A program made the position numbers and the translations under genes. From Candidatus Multivorans sp. (GTDB lineage: Bacteria; Acidobacteriota; Thermoanaerobaculia; Multivoradales; Multivoraceae), in assembly GCA_965203495.1 (NCBI GenBank), contig CBDBDB010000007.1, forward strand, positions 324,959 to 388,958: 64,000 bases of DNA, read 5' to 3'. Positions 49,889-59,114 of this stretch are shown in pieces; the stretch's first letter is position 1; each line of letters begins with the position of its first letter. Below the pieces are notes generated by a model. It did no database searches and had not been told where the DNA came from. It saw nothing but the letters and a program-made list of their open reading frames with translations.

Positions 49889-51115
49889 GTGACTGCAGCT
49901 TGTCTCGTCTGTGCCGCGGCGAGCGTCGAGACCTTCCTCGACCTCGGCAGCACGGCGCTCGCCAACAAGTTCCCGAGCGCCGAGGATCTGAGTCGCCCCG
50001 AACCGCGCTTCCCGCTGCGGGTCGGCTTCTGCCGCGGCTGCGGCCACGTCCAGCTGGTGGAGCGCGTGCCGCCAGCCGCGATGTTCACGGACTACCTCTA
50101 CGTGTCCTCCGCCTCCGACACCCTGCGGGCCCATTTCGACGACCTGGCGGCCACGCTGACTGCCCGACACGGCCTCGCCGACGGCGGCCTCGTCGTCGAC
50201 ATCGGCTGCAACGACGCGTCGCTCCTCCGCTGCTTCCGCGAGCGCGGCGCGAGGACCCTGGGCGTCGACCCCGCCGAGAACCTCGCCGAACTCGGCTGCG
50301 ACACCGGGATCGCGCGCTACCGGGGCTTCTTCGGTGCGGACACGGCGGGCGAGATCGCGGATCGCCGGGGCTTGGCGAGACTCGTGACCGCGACGAACAC
50401 GTTCCCGCACATACCGGATCTCTCGGGCTTCGTCGCCGGTCTCGACGCGGTCCTCGCGCCCGGCGGCGCCTTCGTGCTCGAGGCGCACTACCTGGTCGAT
50501 CTGCTCGATCGGCTCGCGTTCGACACCGTGTACCACGAGCACGTTTCCTACTGGGCGCTGGGCCCGATGACGCGGCTTTTCCGGGACCACGGCATGGAGG
50601 TCGTGCGGGCGGAACGGCTGCCGATCCACCATGGCCAGCTCCGCGCCACCGTGATGCGCCGGGGCGAAGGCGAGGTGGACCGAAGCGTGGACGAGATCCT
50701 GGCCGTCGAACGGCGGCTCGGCATCGACCGGCTCGATGCCTGGAACGCGTTCGCCGGGCGCGTCGGCCGGTTGAAGGCGGAGGTCATGGACTGCCTCCAC
50801 GGCCTCAAGGCGGCCGGCGGGCGTCTCGCTGGCTACGGCGCGCCGGCCAAGGGCAGCACGCTGCTCGAGTTCTTCGGCGTGGGCCCCGAACTGCTCGACT
50901 TCATCGCCGACCGCAGCCCGCTCAAGCAGGGCCGCTACACGCCGGGCTCCCACATACCGATCGTCGCGCCGGAGCGTCTTCTGGAGGTACCGTTCCCGGA
51001 TCACGTGCTGCTCCTGGCTTGGAACTTCGAGGAGGAGATCCTCGCCCAGCAGGCCGAATTCCGCCGCGGCGGCGGCAGGTTCATTCTGCCGGCGCCGAAC
51101 GTCCGCATTGTTTGA
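49889..51115 (+). CDS. NDP-sugar C-methyltransferase (Zn-ribbon N-terminus + class I SAM MTase)
   Basis: N-terminal cysteine pairs CLVCAA and CRGCGH are present. The SAM motif VVDIGCNDASLL is present. The C-terminal C-methyltransferase-type domain is present. Confidence 0.65.
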   Translation: MTAACLVCAAASVETFLDLGSTALANKFPSAEDLSRPEPRFPLRVGFCRGCGHVQLVERVPPAAMFTDYLYVSSASDTLRAHFDDLAATLTARHGLADGGLVVDIGCNDASLLRCFRERGARTLGVDPAENLAELGCDTGIARYRGFFGADTAGEIADRRGLARLVTATNTFPHIPDLSGFVAGLDAVLAPGGAFVLEAHYLVDLLDRLAFDTVYHEHVSYWALGPMTRLFRDHGMEVVRAERLPIHHGQLRATVMRRGEGEVDRSVDEILAVERRLGIDRLDAWNAFAGRVGRLKAEVMDCLHGLKAAGGRLAGYGAPAKGSTLLEFFGVGPELLDFIADRSPLKQGRYTPGSHIPIVAPERLLEVPFPDHVLLLAWNFEEEILAQQAEFRRGGGRFILPAPNVRIV

Positions 51116-51268
51116 GCCCCCGGATGCGAGCTTGCGGCTCTCCTGTACGAGCGAAGGTGATGAACTCTTGCAGACTGGCGCGGGGGCAAGTTCGGTTCCG
51201 CTTTCGCGATTTCTCCTTGCGGGAAGGAGAAGACCCCTCCATAATCTCCCTCCTGGAAGGAGAATGTC

Positions 51269-52597
51269 GTGGAAACGGCGTCGACTCACGTACGACAGGT
51301 GCTTTCCGAGCTGCTCGCGGAGTCGCTGCGAAGCTCGCTTGCCCCTCGCACGCCACGGCGTGTGAGAGGACGTACGCGGTTCGCGGGGAAAGCAACCGCG
51401 GTGGTGGGGATGCGGAGGGCCGGCAAGACGACGTTTCTTCACCAACTCAGGAGGGAGCGGACGTCGGAAGGCGAAGCGCCGCGCCATGCGCCCTATCTGT
51501 CGTTCGAGGACGATCGCCTGACGGGCCTGGAGACGGGCCACCTGGACTTCCTCCTGGACGAGTACGACCGACTCACGCCCTCGGGACCGGACGGCGCGGG
51601 GGCGATGTGGTGCTTCGACGAAGTTCACCTCGTGCCGGGTTGGGAACGCTTCGTGCGGCGGTTGCTCGACACCCGGCAAGTGGAGGTGTTCGTTTCGGGA
51701 TCGTCGGCGGCGTTGCTGTCCCGAGAGATCGCCACGGCGCTTCGCGGTCGCGCGTGGCAGGTACTGATCCATCCTTTCAGCTTCGAGGAGGCTCTTCTCC
51801 ACCAGGGAATCGCCGTTCCGAGTGAACCGGAGAGGCTTGCTCGCGAAGAGCGGCTGCACCTGGAGCGAGCCTTTTCGGCCTGGCTCGGCGCCGGCGGATT
51901 CCCCGAGGCTCAAGGCCTCGACGCCGCCTCGAGGCAGCAGTTGCTCAGGGACTACGTGGACGTGGCCATTCTGCGCGATGTCGTGGAGCGCCACGGCGTC
52001 AGCAACGTCACCGGGTTGCGCTGGCTGGTCAGGCAGCTGCTCGGCAACGCCGGCAGTCTGTTCAGCGTCGAGAAGTTCCATGCCGCGGTCAAGTCCCAGG
52101 GACTCGCGATCGCGCGGGATACGGTGCATCGGTTTCTCGGCTACCTGGAGGACTGCTTTCTCGTCCGCGTCGTGTGGATGGAGTCGGGCTCGGAACGGCA
52201 GCGCATGGTCAACCCGCGCAAGACGTACCCCGTCGATACGGGTCTGATGCCGCTCTTCGATCGCGCTGGGCGGGCGAACGTGGGCCATGCCCTCGAAACG
52301 GCGGTTCTGGTCGAACTCGACCGCAGGCGGCTCGACGTGACCTACGTGCGAACTCCACAAGGATACGAGGTCGACTTCCTGGTTCGTTCCGCGGATGGGC
52401 GTCGCGAGCTCATTCAGGTCTGCGCCGACGCGTCGGATCCGGTGACTGCTGAACGGGAACTGCGGGCTCTCCAGGCGGCGGGCGAGGCGTTTCCCGATGC
52501 CCGCAAGCTTCTGCTCACGCTCCGTCGAGACGGCATTCCGCCGGAGTTGCCGGATCGCGTAACGGCGAAGCCGGCCTGGATCTGGGCGCTTGAGTAA
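51269..52597 (+). CDS. ATP-binding protein (AAA + DUF4143-type)
   Basis: Walker A VGMRRAGKTT is present. Walker B MWCFDEVHLV is present. SD GGAAGGAG lies 5 nt before the GTG. Confidence 0.6.
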   Translation: METASTHVRQVLSELLAESLRSSLAPRTPRRVRGRTRFAGKATAVVGMRRAGKTTFLHQLRRERTSEGEAPRHAPYLSFEDDRLTGLETGHLDFLLDEYDRLTPSGPDGAGAMWCFDEVHLVPGWERFVRRLLDTRQVEVFVSGSSAALLSREIATALRGRAWQVLIHPFSFEEALLHQGIAVPSEPERLAREERLHLERAFSAWLGAGGFPEAQGLDAASRQQLLRDYVDVAILRDVVERHGVSNVTGLRWLVRQLLGNAGSLFSVEKFHAAVKSQGLAIARDTVHRFLGYLEDCFLVRVVWMESGSERQRMVNPRKTYPVDTGLMPLFDRAGRANVGHALETAVLVELDRRRLDVTYVRTPQGYEVDFLVRSADGRRELIQVCADASDPVTAERELRALQAAGEAFPDARKLLLTLRRDGIPPELPDRVTAKPAWIWALE

Positions 52598-52681
52598 CGC
52601 CGACGGCATGTGTTTCTCGTGAGGTCAGCTCTCCCGGAAGCTGTTCCGCTTCGACGCCTGGCGCGGCCGGCGGCGACCGCC

Positions 52682-52705
52682 GCCGCTGCGTTACGCTGCC
52701 CCGCA
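52682..52705 (+). promoter_or_regulatory. Perfect palindrome CGCTGCCCCGC-AT-GCGGGGCAGCG overlapping the GT2 start codon
   Basis: An 11-bp stem with a 2-nt loop centres on the GCATGC that contains the ATG at 52705. Confidence 0.4.
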
Positions 52706-53643
52706 TGCGGGGCAGCGAGCGGGCGCCGACGGTCGCCGCCATCGTCTTGAACTACAACGGCCGCGACATCACGCTGCAGGCGTTGCGCAGCCTGGAGGCG
52801 ATGACGTATCCCGCCTGCGAACTGATCCACGTCGACAACGGTTCCAGCGATGGTTCGTCCGAGGCGGTCGCCGCCGCGCATCCGGGCGTGATCAGCATCC
52901 GCGTCGACGAGAACCAGGGCGTCGTTCACGGCATGAACCGGGGGATCGAGCTTGCCGTCGAGCGCGGAGTGGACTACCTCCTGTTGCTCAACAACGACAT
53001 CGAAGCGGCGCCGGACTTCCTCGACGAACTCGTCGCGGTGGCGGAGGCGGATCCCGGGATCGGCTGCGTGGGTCCGAAGATCCTCTACCACGGCGAGCGC
53101 GACCGGCTGTGGTCGGCCGGCGGCCGCATCCGCTTTCGCGAGTCGATGACCCGGGAGCGCGGCGAAGGTCAGGTCGACAGCGGCCAGTACGACCGCGACG
53201 AGGAAGTTCCCTACGTGAACGGCTGCGCGATGCTGGTGCGTCGGAGCGTCGTCGAGGAGATCGGTCTCTGGGATCCGCTGTTCCACCTCGCGCTGGACGA
53301 CGCCGACTGGTGCATGCGGATGAAGGCGCGCGGTTACCGCTGCTACTACGCACACCGCGCCGTGCTGTACCACATGGTGGCGCGGACGGTCGGCGGCTAT
53401 CGGGCCTCGCGTACGTTCTTCAACGGCCGCAGCGCCGCGCTGTTCGCGCGCCGCTACGGCGGGCCGTTGCAGTGGTGCTCGTTCCTCCTGTTTCTCTCGG
53501 CGGGTCTCTTCCTGGCCTTCTTTCGCGAACTTTTCCGCGGCAACCAGGGCGCCGTCATCGCCAAGCTCCGCGGCGTGATCGAGGGCCTCCGGGCGCCGAT
53601 GGCGCCGCCGCCGGGGTGCGCCGGGGGCGCCCGGGCGTGCTGA
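52705..53643 (+). CDS. Family 2 glycosyltransferase
   Basis: AAIVLNYNGRDITLQAL, HVDNGSSDGS and the DxD region LLLNNDIEA are present. Confidence 0.7.
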   Translation: MRGSERAPTVAAIVLNYNGRDITLQALRSLEAMTYPACELIHVDNGSSDGSSEAVAAAHPGVISIRVDENQGVVHGMNRGIELAVERGVDYLLLLNNDIEAAPDFLDELVAVAEADPGIGCVGPKILYHGERDRLWSAGGRIRFRESMTRERGEGQVDSGQYDRDEEVPYVNGCAMLVRRSVVEEIGLWDPLFHLALDDADWCMRMKARGYRCYYAHRAVLYHMVARTVGGYRASRTFFNGRSAALFARRYGGPLQWCSFLLFLSAGLFLAFFRELFRGNQGAVIAKLRGVIEGLRAPMAPPPGCAGGARAC

Positions 53644-54158
53644 CCAACCTGCGCGAGGACACGCGACGGCTGCGCGCGATCAAGACCAAGCCGTTCCCCT
53701 TCTACGTGCTTGAGTCGCTGTTGTTCGAGAACGGCTACCAGGCGGTCGTGCTCCACCGCATCGCGCACTGGTTCAAGAGCCGCGGCGTGCCGGTCCTGGG
53801 GCCGTTTCTGGCCCGGCTGTCCCTGTTTCTGACCAGCGTCGACATCGCGCCGGGGGCCCGCATCGGACCGGGCCTGTTCATCAGCCACGGCGTCGGCCTG
53901 GTGATCGGCAACGGCGTGCGCATCGGCGGCAACGGGACACTGCTTCATCAGGTCACGATCGGCGCGCCGACCGGCCGTCGACTCGACGAGATGCCCGCCT
54001 TGGGCGACAACGTCTTCGTCGGCGCCGGCAGCCGCCTGATCGGCAGCATCGAGATCGGCGACGACGTCTTCATCGGCGTGAACTGCGTCGTGACGGAGGA
54101 CATCCCGAGCGGCACGAAGGTCACGACGACGGCGGGCCTGCGACTCGAGCCTCGGTAG
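53637..54158 (+). CDS. Serine O-acetyltransferase-family hexapeptide acyltransferase
   Basis: The SAT N-terminal domain YQAVVLHRIAHWF is present. Left-handed beta-helix hexapeptide repeats IGPGLFISHGVGLVIGNGVRIGGN are present. The GTG overlaps the GT2 stop. Confidence 0.65.
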   Translation: MLTNLREDTRRLRAIKTKPFPFYVLESLLFENGYQAVVLHRIAHWFKSRGVPVLGPFLARLSLFLTSVDIAPGARIGPGLFISHGVGLVIGNGVRIGGNGTLLHQVTIGAPTGRRLDEMPALGDNVFVGAGSRLIGSIEIGDDVFIGVNCVVTEDIPSGTKVTTTAGLRLEPR

Positions 54159-54416
54159 CGGAAGGCCGGATGGGGCCGAGCTTCACGGACTGGGGATCCT
54201 CAAGGACAAGGACCATCCCGAGCACGAGGAGACCTTGGACTGGATGGGTTTGGACCTTGACGCGGAGCAGTTCAGCGTCGAAGACGTCAACGGCGAGCTT
54301 CGTTCCATCGACTGGTAGACCGAGCCGCTGCTGGATTCGCGCGTCCCGTGCGGGTCTCGGCTGAGCACGCGGTTGTATTCTTGGCTTGCAGACGTTCGCG
54401 TCGCGCAACTCGTCCG

Positions 54417-55889
54417 ATGGTCGCCGTGCAGAAGCAGGAAGCCGAACAGAAGCTGCGCGGGGCCTACTACACGCCGCCGGAGGCGGTGGCCGCGCTCGTC
54501 CGATGGGCTGTTCGGCGCCCGGACGAACACCTGCTCGACCCGTCCTGCGGCGACGGTCGGTTTCTCGCGCTGCACCCCCGCAGCACCGGTGTCGATTGCG
54601 ACGCCACGGCAGTGTCCAGTGCGACCGAGGCGGCGCCTCGCGGAACCGTGGAGCGTGCCGACTTCTTCGACTGGGCCGCGTCGACGGCAAAGCGCTTCGA
54701 CTGCGCGGCCGGTAACCCGCCCTTCATTCGCTACCAGCGGTTCAGTGGGGAGACGCGACGACAGGCTCGGAGACTCTGCGCCTCCCTGGGCGCCAAGCTA
54801 TCGGGGCTCTCGTCGTCGTGGGCGCCGTATCTGATCGTGACGGCTTCTCTGCTTCGTCCCGGTGGTCGGATGGCGTTCGTGGTGCCTGCCGAGATCGGTC
54901 ACGCGCCGTACGCGGCGCCGGTACTCGATTGGCTGGCCAGCCACTTCGACGAGGTGCGACTCGTCGCGGTCCGGCGGAAGTTGTTCGCGGACCTGTCCGA
55001 GGACGTCTGGCTGCTCTACGCCGAGGGTTTTGGGGGGAGGACGGGCCACTTCGACCTCGCGCTCCACGAGCGCTTCGTATTCCGGCCAGAACCGCCGATG
55101 GCTGACACTCAGGTGACGGTCCGGGAGTGGCGTCGCTGGGGCTCTCGGCTCCGGCCGATGCTTTTGCCGAACCGGATTCGCGACGCCTACGAAGGGTGCA
55201 GAAACTCCGTCCTGACGACCTCGCTCGGACGCGTGGCCGATGTAGGGATCGGCTATGTCTCCGGCGCCAACGACTTCTTTCACCTCCGCCCATCCGAAGC
55301 GGGAGAACTGGGAATCCCCAGGAAGCTGTTCCGCCCAACGGTGCGGAGCGGCCGGGAACTGCAGGCCGGTGCGATTACCGACGAAACGGTTGCCCGTTGG
55401 AGAACGGACGATCGGCCGAACTTCCTGCTCGCGCTTGACGCCGAGAAGCCGCTTCCCGATGCGGTCAGCCAGTACCTGGATTCGCCGCGCGGAATCGAAG
55501 TCAGGCAGCGCTACAAGTGTCGCGTCCGAACCCCCTGGTACAGGGTGTCCCATGTGTCCGTGCCCGACCTCTTCCTCTCGTACATGAGCGGAGAGGGACC
55601 CGCCCTGGTGGAGAACCAGGCCCTCTGCACCTGTACGAACGCGGTCCATGGCGTCCGGCTGAAGGTCAGAGGCGTTGCCGCTTCCCGTCTCCGCCGGCGA
55701 TGGGAGACGACTCTCACCCGTCTCAGTTGCGAGGTGGAAGGCCACCCGTTGGGCGGTGGCGTGTTGAAGCTGGAACCGCGAGAAGCCCTCAACGTGCTGG
55801 TCAACCTGAATGGCGACCTGGAGGCCGATGACGAACGCAATCTTCGCGAGGGCGTCGAGATTCTGCGTCGATGGCGGCACCGTGGCTGA
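54417..55889 (+). CDS. N6-adenine DNA methyltransferase (gamma-class, Eco57I/TaqI-like)
   Basis: Motif X GAYYTPPE is followed by motif I LLDPSCGDGRFL and motif IV AGNPPFIRYQRF. Confidence 0.7.
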   Translation: MVAVQKQEAEQKLRGAYYTPPEAVAALVRWAVRRPDEHLLDPSCGDGRFLALHPRSTGVDCDATAVSSATEAAPRGTVERADFFDWAASTAKRFDCAAGNPPFIRYQRFSGETRRQARRLCASLGAKLSGLSSSWAPYLIVTASLLRPGGRMAFVVPAEIGHAPYAAPVLDWLASHFDEVRLVAVRRKLFADLSEDVWLLYAEGFGGRTGHFDLALHERFVFRPEPPMADTQVTVREWRRWGSRLRPMLLPNRIRDAYEGCRNSVLTTSLGRVADVGIGYVSGANDFFHLRPSEAGELGIPRKLFRPTVRSGRELQAGAITDETVARWRTDDRPNFLLALDAEKPLPDAVSQYLDSPRGIEVRQRYKCRVRTPWYRVSHVSVPDLFLSYMSGEGPALVENQALCTCTNAVHGVRLKVRGVAASRLRRRWETTLTRLSCEVEGHPLGGGVLKLEPREALNVLVNLNGDLEADDERNLREGVEILRRWRHRG

Positions 55890-56772
55890 GCCCTGCAGGT
55901 GGATCAGCGGCGCCGATGCGCTTCGCGCCTTCGTTGCGGTTCCCGGGAAGTCCCAGAGCCAGGTTCACATCAGGCCCCTGCACTGGTACGTCGCATGCCG
56001 GCTCGTCGTGGAGGGCGGATTTCACCCCGACGACATCGTTCCACGACCGCCCTTTGCCGTGCGGGGGCGGACGGCCCGGGGCGGCGTCGCGACGCTGGTT
56101 CACGATCCCACCCGCGGCGGGGGCGGGGAGCTGACCGTTCTGGGTGGCCTGAAGACGAAGGACGTCGATGTCGTGGTCGCGAAAGACGGCATCGGTCCCT
56201 GCGTGGCGGTATCGATCAAGGGCACGTTGAACGCCTTCCGCAATCTGACGAACCGCATGGAAGAGGCGGTCGGCGACTGCACGAACCTGCACATCGCATA
56301 CCCCAACCTCGTCTACGGCTTCCTGCACGTCATTCGCGCCAATCCGGAAGGACCCTTGGCGACCGAGGCCGCGCACTTCCTGAAGGCCGACGCCGCTGGA
56401 CGCGTCGCGGCGAACGACATCGCCGTTCGGGCGGACGGTACCGTCTCGGAGTCCATCGTCCGCTACCACGACGTTCTTCTCGGTCTGACCGGCCGGGACG
56501 GCGTGCGGAACGACATCTCGCGCTACGAGGCGCTGGCCTTGGCGCTTGTCGACCCAGCGGCCCGGCAGGCTCGCGCGGACTGGCCGGAGACCGGCAGTCC
56601 GCTTCGCATCGAGAAGTTCATGGAGGCGATCTACCGAGCGTATGACCAGCGCTACGTCTACGCGGCGCCCAAGCTGGCGAAGCGGACCGCGAGGCTGACG
56701 TGGCGGGCGGATTCTCCGGCGTTCGAAGAGACCGTAGCGAGCGAGTTCGATCCTCGGCTGGCGGGTCTGTAG
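55828..56772 (+). CDS. Putative restriction endonuclease partner (PD-(D/E)xK-like?)
   Basis: Its start overlaps the MTase 3' end; alternative starts are ATG 55828 and GTG 55882. The candidate motif is KDVDVVVAKDG...VAVSIKG. No other homology was recognised. Confidence 0.35.
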   Translation: MTNAIFARASRFCVDGGTVAEPCRWISGADALRAFVAVPGKSQSQVHIRPLHWYVACRLVVEGGFHPDDIVPRPPFAVRGRTARGGVATLVHDPTRGGGGELTVLGGLKTKDVDVVVAKDGIGPCVAVSIKGTLNAFRNLTNRMEEAVGDCTNLHIAYPNLVYGFLHVIRANPEGPLATEAAHFLKADAAGRVAANDIAVRADGTVSESIVRYHDVLLGLTGRDGVRNDISRYEALALALVDPAARQARADWPETGSPLRIEKFMEAIYRAYDQRYVYAAPKLAKRTARLTWRADSPAFEETVASEFDPRLAGL

Positions 56773-56871
56773 GGGGTCGAACCGCTGGGATATCTTCGGA
56801 GCAGGAGAGGGCCGACCAATCGGCCGCTCAACGGGACGGTAGCCGCCCTCCGTGCATGACGGCACGGGCTC

Positions 56872-58968
56872 TCAGTGCTCTTCGTCTTCGCGCCTCGCTT
56901 CGGCGATGATCTTCTCCTGGATCTGGCGAGGGACTTCTTCGTAGTGGGAGAAGGCCATCGTGAAGCTTGAGCGGCCCTGGGTCATCGAGCGGAGGGCGGG
57001 GGCGTAGGTCAGCATCTCGGCCATGGGGACGGTGGCCTTGACGATCTGGGCGGCGCCCTTGGCCTCCATGCCCTGGGGGCGGCCGCGGCGGGAAGAGAGG
57101 TCGCTCATGATGTCGCCCATGAAGTCCTCGGTCGTGTTGATCTCGACCTTCATGACCGGTTCGAGGAGAGTTGGCGCCGCCTTCGCCATCGCGTCCTTGA
57201 AGGCCAGCGAGCCGGCGACCTTGAAGGCCATCTCCGACGAGTCGACGTCGTGGTACTTGCCGTCCTGGAGGCGCACGCGGAAGTTGCCGACCGGGTAGCC
57301 GGCCAGGTAGCCGCGGCTGGCCGCTTCCAGCAGGCCCTTCTCGACCGCCGGGCGGTAGTTCTGGGGAATGGCGCCGCCGAAGATCTCGTCGACGAACTCG
57401 TACTCCTCCGGAGTGGCGACGGGTTCCATCGTGATCGTGCAGTCCGCGAACTGGCCGCGCCCGCCGCTCTGCTTCTTGTGCCGGCCGTGGCCGACGGCGG
57501 TCCTCTTGATCGCCTCCCGGTAGGGCACCTTCGGCGGGTGCAGGATGACTTCGACCTTCGACCGGGTCTTCAGCTTGGACACCGCGATCTCGACGTGGAG
57601 CTGGCCGGCGCCGGAGAGCAGGAACTCGCCGGTCTGGGGGTCGCGGCCGGCGCGGAGGCTGGGGTCTTCCTCGACCAGGCGAGACACGGCTTCGCCGATC
57701 TTCTCTTCGTCGCCCTTGGTCTTCGGCTCGATCGCGAACGAGATCGCGGCGACTGGCGGCGAAGGGAAATCGAGCTTGACCGGACGTTCCCGGCTTGTGA
57801 TCGAGTCCCCGGTCGCGCTGAACTTCAGCTTGGCGACGCCGCCGATGTCGCCCTCGACGAGTCGGGAGACATCCTCGCCGGTCTTGCCCTGCATGTGCAT
57901 CAGGTGGCCGAACCGTTCCGCTTCTTCGCGCCCCGCGTTCCAGTAGACCGTGTCGGAATCCATGGCGCCCGCGACGACGCGAAGAAGGGAGATGCGGCCG
58001 GTGAACGGATCGTTCATCGTCTTGAAGAGGATCGCGCTGACCGGCGCTCCGTCGCCCCGGTCGAGTTCCACGGGCTCGCCGCCGAGATCGGACGCCGGGA
58101 TCGGCGGCGCTTCCGCCGGCGAGGGCAGCAGCTGGACCATCGCGTCGAGCAGAGCCGAGGCGCCGATGCCCTGGCCGCCGGACGACATGGTTGCCGGGAA
58201 CAGGGCGCGGGACCTGATCGCGGCCTTGAGCCCCTGGATCAACTGTTCGTGGGTCAGATCGCCGTTCTCGAAGTAGGCCTCCATCAGCTCGTCGTCGCTC
58301 TCCGCTACCGCTTCGGTCAGCCTGTTGCGCCAGTCGTCGATCTGGTCCGCGAGTTCCGCCGGCGCCTCGGACGCCCGGCTCCGCCCGGCGCCGTTCCGCT
58401 CGATCGTGTGGGCCTTGCGGCTCAGCAGGTCGACGACGCCGGAGAAGTCCTTGCCGACGCCGATCGGGATCTGGACGGGCAGCACCATGCGGTCGAAGTT
58501 CTCCTGGAGTTCCGCGATGCAGCCGGCGAAGTCGATGTTCTCGCGGTCCATCTTCGTCAGATGGAACATCACCGGTTGCCCCATCTCGCCCGCGACGTCC
58601 CACGTCTTCTCGGCCATGACCTGGGTCGGCGAAGCCGCGTTCACGCACAGCAGGGCGGCGTCCGCCGCCCGCATGCCGGAACTGCTCTCGTGAACGAAGA
58701 TCCCGGATCCGGGGCAGTCGATCAGATTGATCTTGTGGCGCGCGGACCCGACCGACCAGGGCGTGTAGCAGACGGCGAGGCCGATCGAGATGCCGCGCCG
58801 GACCTCTTCGTCGTCGAAGTCCGTCACCGTGTTGCCGTCTTCGACCCTGTTCTGACGGTTGAAGACGCCGCCGGTGCACAGCAGGCCGGCGAGCAGTGTC
58901 GTCTTGCCGGTGTCGTTGTGTCCGACGACGGCGACGTTGCGTATCTGGTCCGAGTTCTCGAGTTGCAT
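56872..58968 (-). CDS. Elongation factor G paralogue (EF-G2-like translational GTPase)
   Basis: G1 AVVGHNDTGKTTL is present. All five EF-G domains are present. G3 DCPGSG and G4 TKMD are divergent from the canonical DTPGHVDF and NKMD. Confidence 0.75.
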   Translation of the reverse strand: MQLENSDQIRNVAVVGHNDTGKTTLLAGLLCTGGVFNRQNRVEDGNTVTDFDDEEVRRGISIGLAVCYTPWSVGSARHKINLIDCPGSGIFVHESSSGMRAADAALLCVNAASPTQVMAEKTWDVAGEMGQPVMFHLTKMDRENIDFAGCIAELQENFDRMVLPVQIPIGVGKDFSGVVDLLSRKAHTIERNGAGRSRASEAPAELADQIDDWRNRLTEAVAESDDELMEAYFENGDLTHEQLIQGLKAAIRSRALFPATMSSGGQGIGASALLDAMVQLLPSPAEAPPIPASDLGGEPVELDRGDGAPVSAILFKTMNDPFTGRISLLRVVAGAMDSDTVYWNAGREEAERFGHLMHMQGKTGEDVSRLVEGDIGGVAKLKFSATGDSITSRERPVKLDFPSPPVAAISFAIEPKTKGDEEKIGEAVSRLVEEDPSLRAGRDPQTGEFLLSGAGQLHVEIAVSKLKTRSKVEVILHPPKVPYREAIKRTAVGHGRHKKQSGGRGQFADCTITMEPVATPEEYEFVDEIFGGAIPQNYRPAVEKGLLEAASRGYLAGYPVGNFRVRLQDGKYHDVDSSEMAFKVAGSLAFKDAMAKAAPTLLEPVMKVEINTTEDFMGDIMSDLSSRRGRPQGMEAKGAAQIVKATVPMAEMLTYAPALRSMTQGRSSFTMAFSHYEEVPRQIQEKIIAEARREDEEH

Positions 58969-59114
58969 CGACGCTCCCGTCGCAGGCGTTGCGAGTTCGT
59001 CCCGGCAGCCCGCGCGTTTCGCGATTCCCTGGACTCGGTCCGTTCTCCCCGGAGCGAGTCCCGAGTGTGGAAACAGCCGCGGAACATACCACGCACGCGG
59101 CGTTTCTCCGCTTC

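Noticed and set aside
48785-52609. 1274-aa minus-strand ORF across the sugar cluster, and 49096-51825 plus-strand off-frame ORF
   Set aside because: They are antisense or off-frame to five well-supported genes.
54205-54327. Small ORF (...ILKDKDHPEHEETLDWMGLDLDAEQFSVEDVNGELRSIDW) between acetyltransferase and MTase
   Set aside because: It has no in-frame ATG or GTG start before the conserved-looking part. It may be a gene remnant, but evidence is insufficient.
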